DNA of 63,249 nt, filler included, from Octopus bimaculoides (Eukaryota), in assembly GCF_001194135.2 (NCBI RefSeq). It is 4 parts of 3 records of this genome, joined end to end, with 100 filler letters (N's around TTAATTAATTAA, not from the genome) between each part and the next. Parts side by side here need not be neighbours in the genome. Positions count along the whole stretch, not along the records: positions 1 to 25,164 come from NC_068991.1; positions 25,265 to 42,638 come from NC_068983.1; 2 more parts are not named here. One strand, given 5' to 3'. Shown here one piece after another: positions 14,060 through 27,430 of this stretch; the first letter of the stretch is position 1, and the number at the start of each line of letters is the position of its first letter. The notes beneath the pieces are model-generated. The model made no database searches, was not told the DNA's origin, and was given only the letters and a program-made list of their open reading frames with translations. The position numbers were made by a program, and so were the translations under genes.

Positions 14060-16260
14060 ATTCTTTAAGCAGGAGTAATTAACCAAACCGTCCTTTATCC
14101 AGGATAATTTATTAAACTGGTTCCTTATCTGGAATAAATAGATGATCTGATCTTTTCGTAGAAATAATGCGATAAACTGATACTCCTTTATCTGGAGTAA
14201 TTACTCAAACTAGTTCCATCTAGAGTAATTAAATGAATGGATTCTTTTGCAGGAGTAATTAAATTGGTTCTTTGCCAGGATTCTTTATCAGGAATCGATA
14301 ATTAAATTAGTTCTTGATACAGAGAAATTAGATGAGATAGTTCTTTATCTGCAGTGGTTAATTAAATTCGTTCTTTGCCTGGAGGAATTACAGAAATTAG
14401 TTAAAGTAGTTATTTATCCGGAATAGTTAATTAAACTGGATTTTTTTTCTCTCTTAATCAGGAGTAATTAGATAAATCGATTCTTTAGCAGGAGTAGTTA
14501 ATTAAAGTGCTTCTTTATCTGGAGTTATTAGTTGAACTGGTTCTTTATCTGGGATAGTTAATTAAATTAGTTTTTTACGTGGAGTAATTAGCTGAACTGG
14601 TTATTTAGCAGGAGTGATTAAACTAGCTCTTACGCAGGATTAATTCATTCAACTATTTCTCCAGCAAGTGTATCTGGAGTAATAAACGAATTAGTTTTTT
14701 TCTGTCTAATGTAGTTAGATAAACCATTTCTAATCTGGATTAATTACGTAAAGTGGAAAAATAACATAAAATAGTTCCTAATCTGCCGTAATTAGATAAA
14801 CTGACCTTCATTTAAACTAATTTCAGCTCCTAATTCCTCTGGAGTGATGATCTTTTATTTGTAGCAATTAAACAAATTGACTTTCTACCTGGAGTAATTA
14901 GGAAAACAAGTCTTCACCTTGAGAGATTAATTAAGTCGGTTCTTTATCCGGAGTAATTAAATTTATTTTTTAAATAGAATAATTAAATATATCTGTTCTT
15001 TATCTGAAATACTGAAATACTTAGGTCTTTTCGTCGGGAGTAAAAAGATAATCTGATTCTTTATCTTGGGGGGGTTAATTAATTCTTTATCTGGAGTAAT
15101 GACATAAACATGTTCTACGTAGAATAATTAAATAAATCGGTCCTTTATCTAAAATATTTAGACTAGCTGTTTTGTTTTCATTTTTTAAAAATCTGGAGTA
15201 AAATAATAAACTAGTTCTTTACTATTGAGATAATTGCTTAATATGCTTAATTGCTTAATTATGGGATAATTGCTTAATACTTTTTTATTATCTAGAGCAG
15301 TGTCTCTCAACCACTTTTTAGCTAAGGATCCCCTTTGGTCCCTATTTTACTCGTATGAACCCTCCTAGTCATTCGATGTTTAAAAAATCCTATTATATTT
15401 TTGTAATTAAACATTATTAGAAATTGAATTTTTTTTTAATTGTTATAATAGTTTGTCGATTATATAAGTATAACCAATTTAATTGCACATAAAATTTTAA
15501 CAACGAAATCTTATATGGATCCCGCAAGAGCCATGTGAACTCAGGTTGAGAACAAACGATCCACAGTGGTTAGTTAAATTGTTTTTTATCTGCAGTAAGT
15601 GGAGAACATCTTGCTACCAAGTCATCACTGACTTTCAACAAGAAGTCAAGATCAGTACCCTGAAGGAGAGAAGACCCCAGCATAGAACCGGGTCCAATCT
15701 ATTCCCAGATGATACAGACGACAATTGAAATGTCTGTAACCGGATTTGCAAGTTCCGGATAGATCTGAATTCCTACATATAATATGACATAGGAAAACAT
15801 CGAACTAAGAATTCCGTGCAGCTGCGTTATGGAACTCAGTTGTTGATCTGGAGTACAGTTTTTTCTTTTCTTTTTTTTTTTTTTACTCTATTAATTAGTT
15901 AAGCTGNNNNNNNNNNTTTTACTCTATTAATTAGTTAAGCTGATGTTTTGTATGGTGTATTTAGATAAATTATTGGTTCTTTGTCCGAATTAATTAAACA
16001 TATGTCTTTATCTGCATTAATTAATTAATCTTCTATTTAGAGTAACTATATAAAACCTCTGCTTTATCAGGAGTAACTAGATCAGCTGGTTCTTCTTTAT
16101 CTAGAATAAATAATTAAGCTGACATTTTATTTTTGCTTTGTTTTTTTTTTTTGTTTTTGTTTTTTTTGTCTGGAGTAATTGATAAAACTGGTTCTTTGTC
16201 TGGGATAATCAGACTAATTGATTTACATCTGGAGTGATTAATTTCTTTTTACAAGAGTCA
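14060..16260. repeat. Degenerate ~30-bp tandem array, consensus ~TTCTTTATCTGGAGTAATTAATTAAACTGG
   Basis: GGAGTAATT and TTCTTTATCT recur with ~29-31 bp period over 14060-15290 and 15880-16260; interrupted by a MITE and unique sequence. Confidence 0.8.
15298..15558. mobile_element. hAT-like MITE inserted in the 30-bp array
   Basis: TIRs CAGTGTCTCTCAACC / GGTTGAGAACAAACG (10/15), degenerate 8-bp TSD ATCTAGAG / ATCCACAG (6/8). Confidence 0.6.
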
Positions 16261-16720
16261 CAAGGCCTGAAATTTTGGAGGAACATATTTGTCGATTACA
16301 TCGATCACAGTGCTCAACTGGTACTTAGTTTATCGACCCTGAAAGCATGAATCATAGCGTCGGCCTCGGCGGCGGCCCAACACAGGACATAAAATGAAAT
16401 GCCGCTAAACATTTCTCTTTTCCAGCGTACTAACTATTCTGCCAAGTCGCTGCCCTCATATCGGGTTCAAATTTTGGCACAAGGCCAGTATTTTCTTGGG
16501 ACTACATCGACCCAAGGGTTTGACTGGTACGACCCCAAGGGGATGAAAGGTAAAGGTGACCTCGGCTGAGCCCGAACACAGACAGTAAAACCGGAAAAAA
16601 TACGGCTTAGCATTTTCCGCGGCGTGCTAACGATTCATTTCTACTCTAGGCACAAGGTTCGGAATTTTGAGGGAAGGGGCTAGTCGATTAGATCGACCCC
16701 AGAAGGCAACTGGTACTTAA
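16258..16720 (-). mobile_element. Three adjacent SINE family B copies (two near-complete, one partial)
   Basis: GCACAAGG...GTCGATTA.ATCGAC...CTGGTAC motif recurs at ~16260, ~16480 and ~16650. Confidence 0.75.
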
Positions 16721-16779
16721 AGTGTAAAAGTGTATAAGTGTTGAAAGTGTCTTTGGTGTTTTTGTTAATGCTAACGGTA

Positions 16780-17170
16780 ACAATGGTAGTAGTGGTAGTA
16801 GTGTTGTTAGAGGTAGAGAAGTTGTTGTTGTTGGTGGTGGTGGTGGTGGTGGTGATGGTGGTTTTGGTGGGGAAGGCGGTAGCGGAGGCGAGGCTAGTAG
16901 GTGTGGTGATGATCGTGGTGATTGGCAGTAGTGGTGGTGGAAGCAGTGGTTATGCTGGTGGTGTTGTTGGTGGTGGTGGTGGTAGTGGTGGTGGTGGTGG
17001 TGGTGGTGGTGTTGGTGGTAGCGGTGGAGGCGGTGGTGGTNNNNNNNNNNNNNNNNNNNNNNNNNNNNNNNNNNNNNNNNNNNNNNNNNNNNNNNNNNNN
17101 NNNNNNNNNNNNNNNNNNNNNNNNNNNNNNNNNNNNGTGGTGGTGGTGATCGTCGTCGTCGTCGTCGTCG
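16780..17170. repeat. Compound (GGT/GTA/GTT/CGT)n microsatellite with gap
   Basis: Direct inspection. Confidence 0.9.
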
Positions 17171-17654
17171 TGGTAATAAAATAAAGTAAAATGGCGGAAA
17201 ACGTAAGAAATAAGAGGTGGTGGGGAAAAACGTAATTGAAAAAAAAAGCAGTATTGAGAAGGAAGAGATAGGAAGGGTGGGGGTTGGGTTTATCTTTACA
17301 GAAGCTTCGAGAGTATCAGCGTCAACGTTGGTGGCATTGTCCATGGGGTACATGGCAGGTTGCTGCAGGGGTACGTTCAATTTGGGTGGCCAGTAGAGAG
17401 TTTTGTAATAGTGGGAGATGTTGTTATGGTAACGCTATGTGAGAGGTGTTGGGGAAAGTGATGGGTGTGTTTATTTCAGAAGTGATCTTACAGAATGATA
17501 ATAAACGGATTGTAAAGGAAATAAAAAAATTGTTTAAATATGCTACGACGTAACACGAATCATTATTCACGTGCACAAATACATATACACACACGTATAC
17601 ACACACACATACACATACACGCACATAAGGATGTATATAGTTATAGATACTTAA

Positions 17655-17719
<65 letters not shown>

Positions 17720-19882
17720 CGGACGGAGAGACACAAAGATAGATATTTATAGGTATATATATACATAGTAATAATATAGATTTAATCAAAAGATTAAATG
17801 TGGTACTTAAAATGTTTGAGGCACCAGAATTTGGTAGGATAAAAACCAAAAACAAAATCAAGAGATTTGGTGAATAAAATTTGAAGTAAAGCAACAAAAA
17901 TTCAATAGGTTATAGCAGTAAGTACGTTTCGTACAAGCTCCATTTATTCATGTAGTGATAACACTACAGAAAATACAATGAAAATGTACTCCTCAGCTGC
18001 ATAAAGGAATTTCATTTTAGAAAGTCATTNNNNNNNNNNNNNNNNNNNNNNNNNNNNNNNNNNNNNNNNNNNNNNNNNNNNNNNNNNNNNNNNNNNNNNN
18101 NNNNNNNNNNNNNNNNNNNNNNNNNNNNNNNNNNNNNNNNNNNNNNNNNNNNNNNNNNNNNNNNNNNNNNNNNNNNNNNNNNNNNNNNNNNNNNNNNNNN
18201 NNNNNNNNNNNNNNNNNNNNNNNNNNNNNNNNNNNNNNNNNNNNNNNNNNNNNNNNNNNNNNNNNNNNNNNNNNNNNNNNNNNNNNNNNNNNNNNNNNNN
18301 NNNNNNNNNNNNNNNNNNNNNNNNNNNNNNNNNNNNNNNNNNNNNNNNNNNNNNNNNNNNNNNNNNNNNNNNNNNNNNNNNNNNNNNNNNNNNNNNNNNN
18401 NNNNNNNNNNNNNNNNNNNNNNNNNNNNNNNNNNNNNNNNNNNNNNNNNNNNNNNNNNNNNNNNNNNNNNNNNNNNNNNNNNNNNNNNNNNNNNNNNNNN
18501 NNNNNNNNNNNNNNNNNNNNNNNNNNNNNNNNNNNNNNNNNNNNNNNNNNNNNNNNNNNNNNNNNNNNNNNNNNNNNNNNNNNNNNNNNNNNNNNNNNNN
18601 NNNNNNNNNNNNNNNNNNNNNNNNNNNNNNNNNNNNNNNNNNNNNNNNNNNNNNNNNNNNNNNNNNNNNNNNNNNNNNNNNNNNNNNNNNNNNNNNNNNN
18701 NNNNNTATATATATATTGCATCATCCTATAGATAATGCGGTTTTTTATACTTTTGTGTTTCAAAATTAAGATAAACAAAGTTCCTTTTTAATCTAAAATG
18801 TACTCTCCTTCATTTTCTGCAATGCTCTTTCATTTGACTGCAGCCTCGCCGGAACACCGCCTTAAAGGGTCTTTTTTAGTCGAAGAAATCGGCCCCACGA
18901 GTTATTCTTTGTTAGCATAGTACTTATTCTATCGGCTACTCCTGCGGAACCGCTAAGTTACGGGCACGTAAGCACACCAACATCGGTTGCTAAGCGATGG
19001 CAAGGAGGACAGGAGGACCAACACAGACACAAAGACATACATACACACATACAACCCCTCCCCCCTATTTTACTATTTACACCCGCTTCCCCTCTTCCAT
19101 TTAAACCTTTGTTTACAGTAAACACTACTAGACAAGTCTCATTTGTCAACCACCTCTTGAAACAGGCGGCCGGACTTACTGTAATAAGTTCATCTGGACT
19201 TGTCACCGATTGTATGCATATGACATAATGTGCATATAATATATGAATGCATACTGGGGACTACATAACTGACTAAACCCACCCTACAGGGGAAAGCCTA
19301 GCATGGCTGCAGTCTAAATGATGAAATAATTAGAAGACTACAAGAATATAACATAAAAGAATGCTGACAGTAAATAATTCCTGAAAACGCTGAGCCTGCA
19401 AAGTAACTTAACTTTATTAACTTTGCCAGACAAATTAATTAATTGCTAATATGCCTTTAATACCAAATGGATATGGATATAAAAACTGGTAAAAATCTAA
19501 CAAAAATAAAAGAATTTGTAATTTCAAAGATGTTAAGATGTTTTTACTCGCGTTGTAAAGTTTAGAGTTATTTTGCTTTTATTTACCTATTTATATATTT
19601 TTTTATTTATATATTTATTTTATTTATTTATTTATTTTGCATGGTTAGAGGCATTTGTCGGAATCATTTTTTTATTTTTTATTTTCATTCAGTTATCATG
19701 ATGTGATTTTCTTCGCTATCTCTATTAGCACACCTTGTATTTTTGCAGACGATGAATTACGTAATAATCTGGTTCATCTATATTTATACGTATGTGTGTG
19801 CGTGTGTGTTTGTTTGTTTGTTTGTTTGTTTGTGTATATTTGTGTGTGCGTGCGCGAGCATGTGTGATTGTGAGTGCGTGTA

Positions 19883-19923
<41 letters not shown>

Positions 19924-20220
19924 NNNNNNNNNNNNNNNNNNNNNNNNNNNNNNNNNNNNNNNNNNNNNNNNNNNNNNNNNNNNNNNNNNNNNNNNNNNNN
20001 NNNNNNNNNNNNNNNNNNNNNNNNNNNNNNNNNNNNNNNNNNNNNNNNNNNNNNNNNNNNNNNNNNNNNNNNNNNNNNNNNNNNNNNNNNNNNNNNNNNN
20101 NNNNNNNNNNNNNNNNNNNNNNNNNNNNNNNNNNNNNNNNNNNNNNNNNNNNNNNNNNNNNNNNNNNNNNNNNNNNNNNNNNNNNNNNNNNNNNNNNNNN
20201 NNNNNNNNNNNNNNNNNNNN

Positions 20221-20268
<48 letters not shown>

Positions 20269-20373
20269 TATATACAATAATGTCTGAATATATATACACA
20301 TATATACACACACAGCAGCATACTCTCACACACATGCACACACACACAAACGTACACACACACACATATACAT

Positions 20374-20546
20374 AGGCGTGGACGTGACTGTGTCATAGGC
20401 CTGCTTCCCAATCACATGCTTCTAGGTTCAGTCCCGCTGCGTGGTACCTTGGAAAAGTGTCTTCTACTATAGCCTACAGCCAACCAAAGCTGTGCAAGTA
20501 GATTTGGTAGACAGAAACTGAAAGAAGCCCGTCGTATATCTGTATA

Positions 20547-20587
<41 letters not shown>

Positions 20588-20800
20588 CTTTGTGTCAGTG
20601 TTTGTCTCCCACCATAGCTCAACAGCCGGTATTGCTGTATTTTACGTCCCCGTAACCTAGAGGTTCAGCAAATAAAACTGATAGAATAAGTACCAGGCTT
20701 ACCGAAAAAATTAGTATTAGGCTTTATTCATTCAACTAAAGCAAAATTTTTGAAGGCGGTACCTCAGGATGACCGCAGTCTAATGACTGTCACAGGTAAA
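20374..20800 (+). mobile_element. SINE family A copy
   Basis: Colinear with 33880-34303; abuts the 5' side of a Hero-like LINE fragment. Confidence 0.82.
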
Positions 20801-20829
20801 ACGTAGAAGGTAATATATGCCAAGAATTC

Positions 20830-21480
20830 GTCACCGTTCTAGTCACGAAGAAACCGGATATTATCATTTGGTGTAAAAGTAAGAAAGTAGTAAATATAGT
20901 CGAACTAACTTATCCTCTTGAAGATGACATGGACACCACTCGGGATCAACCGTTATAAAAACCTCCTAGAGGAACATGAAGGCGCAGGCTGGAAAGCAGA
21001 TCATTTTCCAATCGAACGTGGATGCAGAGAATTCATTGGTCATAATGTAAAGCGATTGTTGTTGTTGCTAGGCCTAACTAATCGTAAAGCAAAAGCCATC
21101 ATAAGTGATATCTAGAGTACAGTGGAGAGGGCAAACCCCTGGATTTCGTTAAAAAGAGTGTTATGTCTCAAGCTACTACTATCTAGCACCTTCGCATGAT
21201 CTCTACTCAACCGCTACACAACTGCTACTCGACTGCTTCTCAACACACCTACCACGGACTGACTACCTCTATTTATATGTCTTGGGATATCCTACTTCTT
21301 CGCCTGGGGGCGTCGACAGAATAAAGAGATTATGACAAATGGCTAGAACATTGGGCGAAACCACGTAACCGGTTGATCTAGCAAGCGGGGCCTCGTTTCA
21401 GTGAGGGGTGTCTGTGCGCAATGATGCCGCCGAGAGGAAAGCCCCCCCCCCCAAACGGCGCGCACTCTCATCAAGAGCCT
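20830..21480 (+). mobile_element. Hero/NeSL-like LINE 3' fragment (restriction-like endonuclease + UTR)
   Basis: PDIIIW...VELTYPLE, frameshift, then Y..L...GW...PIE.GCR.F.G and TVERANPWI. Confidence 0.82.
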
Positions 21481-22736
21481 GTTAGCTTGCTAACATCCGG
21501 TATGCAGAGCTTTCAACTGCTAACACTAGCACCTGTAAGTTGTTTGAAAAAAATAAAAAATATATGGATGTCGAAGTTGCGATTCAGGTGAAAAACATTA
21601 AATAAGAGAAACTCGATTATTTCCCGGTATCGAATAGCGATATCGGAAATAAATTTGTATCGACTTATGATAACATCACATACATATATTCAAAATCTGT
21701 ATACATAGGAGAGAATATTATCCAATGAATCAGAGATTATTAAATATATATGATAAATACATAATTATTTTAAACTATTTTCCATAAAGAGAACGCTGCA
21801 TGAAATATATCTTCAATAGGTAATATATCTATAAAATCTTACTTAATTCCATCGGGACGGAAAATTTTCATATTTATAAATTTCATAAATTGAAAAAATT
21901 CTAGGTTTTGAATAATTCTGAAGTGTACCTGTGATTACCGATAAATATTCTAGCAAAGATTTAGGAATGATGACACCAAGTTTTTCTCTCAATGTTTTAT
22001 GTATATTTAATTTTATACATATACGGAATGTATCAAAAATGGCAACTTAGTTGAGTATAATATTATATTTCGTCGCTATTGCTGTTGTTGTATGTGCAAA
22101 GCTACTGAAACCCAGACCATACCGAAATTTTCTTGTATGCAAGAAAAATAACACAAAATTAACCTATACATTCCTTGTTAAGACGAAGAAAAGACATATG
22201 AAGGAGATCTAAACGATATAGGATGCCGTATTGGGTTTTATTTTTTTGGCTCATTGAATATTTCTCGTTCCCTTTATGCTTTTCTCCTTTTTGCTGATGA
22301 AGAGCCATCGTCCGAAACGTTAAGACGATTTCACTTTTCATTAAAGCATTAAACCAATACATTATTTGTAAAACCTTCAGTCTTCTGTGTTGTTTATTAT
22401 TATTCATTGTATTTACACCATAAATAACGCTACGACAGTCTCTTATCAGTATGTACGAAAGTTTTGTCAATAATTTCAATCGGCCTTTTAGCATCACAAC
22501 CTCTCCTCAACAAACACCTAGACTATAGCAGCTGGAAGGATAAAGAAATAGGCCATTATTGGACTGGTAATTTATATATCTACCCCGGGTGTATATTTGG
22601 CAAAGTTCACCATTGACCACGTTGAGATTTGAACACATTCCCAAGAGAGCTACAACAAATACTGCATTTTATTGTGGACTCTTTGGTTTTGCCATCATAA
22701 ATATATAATACACACTCAAACAAATACAAACACCAC

Positions 22737-22824
22737 TATAAACGCACGCATATTTATGGGTATAAACGCACGCATATTTATGGGTATAAACGCACGCATA
22801 TTTATGGGTATAAACGCACGCATA
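22737..22824. repeat. Perfect 24-bp minisatellite (TATAAACGCACGCATATTTATGGG) x3.6
   Basis: Three identical units plus a partial unit. Confidence 0.95.
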
Positions 22825-23178
22825 TATATAAGTATATTAAATACACACATAGATACACATATATATCATTTCGATCCAAATTGCTATCCTAGGTAACCGG
22901 TTGGCCTATTAGGGGAAAATATACTACTTTCATGAATATATGAATATATAAAACCAGAGAGCAATTTATATAAATCAAAATTTAAATTATATATGTGTAC
23001 GTATAGATATACGCATGCATACGCGCGCACACTCACACACACATATAAATGTTTATATATAAACATTACATAAACATATTTATATTCATGTAGATACACA
23101 CACACACACATATATATATATACATATATATATATGTATGTTTATATGTATGTACGTATATGGAAATATGTGTGTGTG

Positions 23179-23276
<98 letters not shown>

Positions 23277-24365
23277 TATGCACATATATATACTTTTATA
23301 TATATATNNNNNNNNNNNNNNNNNNNNNNNNNNNNNNNNNNNNNNNNNNNNNNNNNNNNNNNNNNNNNNNNNNNNNNNNNNNNNNNNNNNNNNNNNNNNN
23401 NNNNNNNNNNNNNNNNNNNNNNNNNNNNNNNNNNNNNNNNNCACACACACATATAAATGTTTATATATAAACATTACATAAACATATTTATATTCATGTA
23501 GATACACACACACACACATATATATATATACATATATATATATACATATATACATGCACACACATGTACACATGTAACACATTGTGGGCCTGAGTGTTTT
23601 GTGTTTGTGTATGTGTGTGTGTATATGTGTGTTTGTGTGAGTACGTGAGTGTGTATGTTTGTGTGTGTGTTTGTGTGTGTGTGTATGTGCATGTCTGTGT
23701 TTGTGTGTCCCCGCATGTATGGTTGTCTATACACATACATATATAAACACAATAAATGAATAGGCCATTTCAGCAACTATGTAGATATACCTTTACCATC
23801 AAACTAAAAAAATGTATGCCTGATATATTCATTCACTTATTTCTAGCCAGGTTTTCGCAATTATTTCTTAAGTATTTGTTTGCTATTTTCTTTCTTAAGA
23901 ATTCCCATTGCACATTTCGGTAATGTGGTGAACGAAATTTACTTCAGTTATTCGTTTATGATTTACCATTAATAATCTGTTATAGGCCCGTTTTTTGCCT
24001 TTCCATCTATATCAGTTTATTGCCGCTATATTTGTCTATATACGTATCTACGAAACAATCAATCTGATTTCTTCCATCTCTGTGTGTTTGTCTATTTATC
24101 TCCCTCTCGCTCTATCTGTTTCTCTATCTATTTCTATTCTTTTCTCTCCCTCTTTCTTTTCGCGTATGTATATTATATATACGTATATGTGTGTGTTTGA
24201 GTGTGTTTATGTGCGTGTGTACGTACATACGTATATGCATATAAGTGTGCGTGTATATATATATGTATGTATGTATGTATGTGTCTGTATTTGTGTTTGT
24301 GTATAAGCGTATGGATTTTTCTCACCCCCCTCTGTAGCTATGTATCTAAGCATGCATGCATACAC

Positions 24366-24400
<35 letters not shown>

Positions 24401-24601
24401 CATATATATATATTACGACTGGTTAGGTTCGTTATTTTTTCTTCTTGTTTTGCCTTTGTGAGTTGCAAGTATTGCTATCTGTTGGAGTTTCAGCACTTTA
24501 GCTGCTATTTCTGAACTTCGGTATGTGGTGAAGCAACTGTTGCTGATCCCTTAATTATGTTTATATATGTATATATATATATATACATATATATACATAT
24601 A

Positions 24602-25020
24602 TAGGGTGTGATGGAGAAATTGCCACCATTTTATATTAATTTCACGCATGCGTATTTTCTGTTTTTGATTTTGTCGACTACACGGTATAGTAGGGTCAGT
24701 TTGGCACTGTCTGTGAGAAAAACAGCACCATGGCGCAATTTATTCACCCACAAATTTAGAAACGACATTCTATACTGCTTGGCATTCGCGCCATACGAAG
24801 CTCCAATACGAACATTTCAGAGTGTTTGGGTGTCACTCTGAGGACAGTACAGAGGATTCGGAAAGAGCTGAATGAGTCTAATGGTGATTACGAAGGCACG
24901 GCAGCTCAGAAAACTCATCCTGATCGTTCTGATGAGAAAAGGACTCCTGAATTTGTTGGTGTGATCCAGGCCATGATTGACAACAATCCTTCCAAGTGAA
25001 TCTAGTCCATCACTAGGGAC
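24602..25020 (+). mobile_element. Tc1/mariner-superfamily left end with HTH fragment
   Basis: TIR AGGGTGTGATGGAGAAATTGCCACCATT; SNTNISECLGVTLRTVQRIRK; in-frame stops; cut by a SINE. Confidence 0.75.
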
Positions 25021-25164
25021 ACCAAATTTACTCACAAGGCTTTGGTCGGGCCGAGGCTATAGTAGAAGACACTTGCCCAAGGTACCACGCAATGGGACTG
25101 AACCCGGGACCATGTGGTTGGTAAGCAAGCTACTTACCACACATCCATTCCTGCGCCTATATAT

Positions 25165-25264
25165 NNNNNNNNNNNNNNNNNNNNNNNNNNNNNNNNNNNN
25201 NNNNNNNNTTAATTAATTAANNNNNNNNNNNNNNNNNNNNNNNNNNNNNNNNNNNNNNNNNNNN
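25165..25264. other. Artificial scaffold-joining spacer N44-TTAATTAATTAA-N44
   Basis: Exactly 44 N + palindromic 12-mer with TAA in all six frames (25209-25220) + 44 N; same layout recurs twice. Confidence 0.95.
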
Positions 25265-25557
25265 CACGAACCCAAACTGCATCTCATTTAAATTGATTCG
25301 CTCCCTAATTAGTTGGGCTATGACCCTCTCTGTAACTTTCATAACCTGATCTAACAGCTTGATGCCTCTGTAATTATTTGTATCTAAAGCGTCACCTTTA
25401 CCTTTGTAGCAGTTGACTATGATGCTGCTACACCAGTCATTGGGTATGACTCCTTCGTGTATCACCTGGTTCGTAATACGGGTGACTAGGCTATAGCCAA
25501 CACTGCCAAATATTTTGAGCATCTCTGCAGTGATTCCTGATGGGCCGGGGGCTTTCC
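25265..25557 (-). mobile_element. RTE LINE RT N-terminal fragment
   Basis: KAPGPSGITAEMLK...NYRGIKLL...QFGF; runs into the scaffold end. Confidence 0.9.
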
Positions 25558-25776
25558 ATATATATATATATATATATATACATACACATATATACATATA
25601 TATATATATGCATACATATACAGATATATTATGTATATACATATATGAATCTAGATTGCAAGATCATATGTCAAATACAAGTTATTCAAACATAGTTCCT
25701 CAAGTTTATGTGTATTAGGGCACCATGTATACATCAAGTTATGTATGGTCTAGATTGTAATATATGAATGTATGAT

Positions 25777-26300
25777 TAGCTGTGTGTAGGCATCTGGGTA
25801 ATTGCTCAGTGAATTTATTTATAATGAACTCCTTTGTTAACATTATTGAGAGTGACTCCTCGGTGCATAATTGGCATTTGTGGAATATAGTGTTGAAGGG
25901 ATCATGTGTCTAAGTATGGACCATGTAAGGTTGTATTTTGTCTTTGCTTCCTTAAGCCTCCAGATAAAATCGACCAGTGATGTTACATATTGTTTAAGGA
26001 TATTTCGAAAGCTGGCGATGTGGTTGTGGTATTGGTTTTTGAAAAAATCGGCTGATGCCCCGATATGTATGTAGGGGCCTTCTCTAGTGTTTATAGTGCA
26101 CTTGTATACTACATTCTTAGTTATACATTGGTTATCCAAAGGGCAACTGGATCTATCTCTACATGAGCATAACTTTTTGCTTTTGTTGGCTTGTGTACAT
26201 TGGGCACTGGAGGGATTGGTTCTGTTCGGTATTTTGGTTGTCAATATTATCATTTTATTATCACTAGGTGTTCTCAGTTTATTATTTGAATTGTTGCTGC
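25777..26300 (-). mobile_element. Penelope-like element GIY-YIG endonuclease fragment
   Basis: CSCR...CPLDNQC..KNVVYKC...YIHIG...FKNQYHNHIASF...IWRLK; frameshifted CQLCTEE...NK..E...CLH. Confidence 0.88.
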
Positions 26301-26650
26301 TGTTGTTTTTTGGATGGTTATCATGGATATTGTAATTGTGTGTGTGTGTGTGTGTGTGTGTCTGTGTTTGTCCCCCACCATTGCTTGACAACCGATGTTG
26401 GTGTGTTACATCCCCGTAACTTAGCAATTCAGCAAAATAGACCGATAGAATAAGTACTAGGCTTACAAAGAATAAGTCCTGGGGTCAATTTGTTTGACTA
26501 AAAAGGTGGTGCTCCAGCATGGCTGCACTCAAATGACTAAAAGAAATAAAAGAATATGATTTCCCTTTGTTGTATAACTCTGGAATTTTTTGTCTACCCA
26601 AATCAATTTTATTTATACTGAAGTTTTTAATTTTTTTTTTTTACCTGTAG

Positions 26651-26791
26651 GATTGTCTTGTGTCTAGCAACCAACTTCAATGTGTTATCCTTTGATTATA
26701 TTCAACGATTTAAAAAGCCTGTAGAACTTGGGGAATGTGCTTATAGATACGTCACCCTTCGTGGTAAACAACAAGTTTTTCACCAAGATTG
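26651..26791 (+). CDS. Uncharacterised multi-exon gene, internal exon a (IVLCLATNFNVLSFDYIQRFKKPVELGECAYRYVTLRGKQQVFHQD)
   Basis: T-rich tract + TAG acceptor, GTAAGT donor, 141 bp open, phase 2-2; joins exon b in frame (TG|T = Cys). Confidence 0.8.
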
Positions 26792-27120
26792 GTAAGTATT
26801 TTTCTTTTTTTCTTTATTCCTCCTTTGCGTACTCAGATTTGGAATGCTCTCACATCTTGGATGATACTGCTGCTAGACACACACACACACAAACACAGAC
26901 ACACACACACGTACACACACACACGTATGCACACACACACACGTATGCACACACACATACACGCAGGCATGTACACACACACACACACACACACACGTAC
27001 TCACACACAAGCACATATGCACACACATATCCTAGACCACATCCAGTGATGGGTCATTCAACCAATTAGCATCAAGTCATGCACAATCAAACTCCAGCAT
27101 CATCTACTAATGTTCTGTGA

Positions 27121-27430
27121 AGATACGTGGCTTAGTGGTTAGGGTATTCAGCTCACAATCATAAGGCCAATTCCCAGCAGCACATGTCCTTGAGCAAGAC
27201 ACTTTATTTCACGTTGCTCCAGTCCACTCAGCTGGCAAAAAATGATTTGTACCTGTAATTCAAAGGACCAGCCTTATCACATCCTGTGTCCCTCTGAATC
27301 TCCATGAGAACTATATTAAGTGTACGTGTGTCTATGCAGTGCTCAACCACTTGCACATTAATTTCACAAGCAAGCTGTTCTGCTGATCAGATCAACTGGA
27401 ACACTTATCATAAGAGATGGAGTGCCAGTT
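27121..27430 (+). mobile_element. SINE family C (tRNA head + CORE/V-like domain)
   Basis: GTGGCTTAGTGGTTAGGG head, TTGAGCAAGACACTT...GCTCCAGTCCACTCAGC core. Relatives at ~690-940(-), 3940-4180(-), 59705-59895(-), 60145-60512(-). Confidence 0.78.

Noticed and set aside
15884-15941. Direct repeat flanking a 10-N gap
   Set aside because: Overlapping contig ends; assembly artefact.
14060-16260. CRISPR-like interpretation of the periodic array
   Set aside because: Units are contiguous and degenerate with no unique spacers, no cas genes, and the context is eukaryotic.
23030-23540. ~100-bp direct duplication across a gap
   Set aside because: Identical sequence either side of Ns; contig-end overlap.
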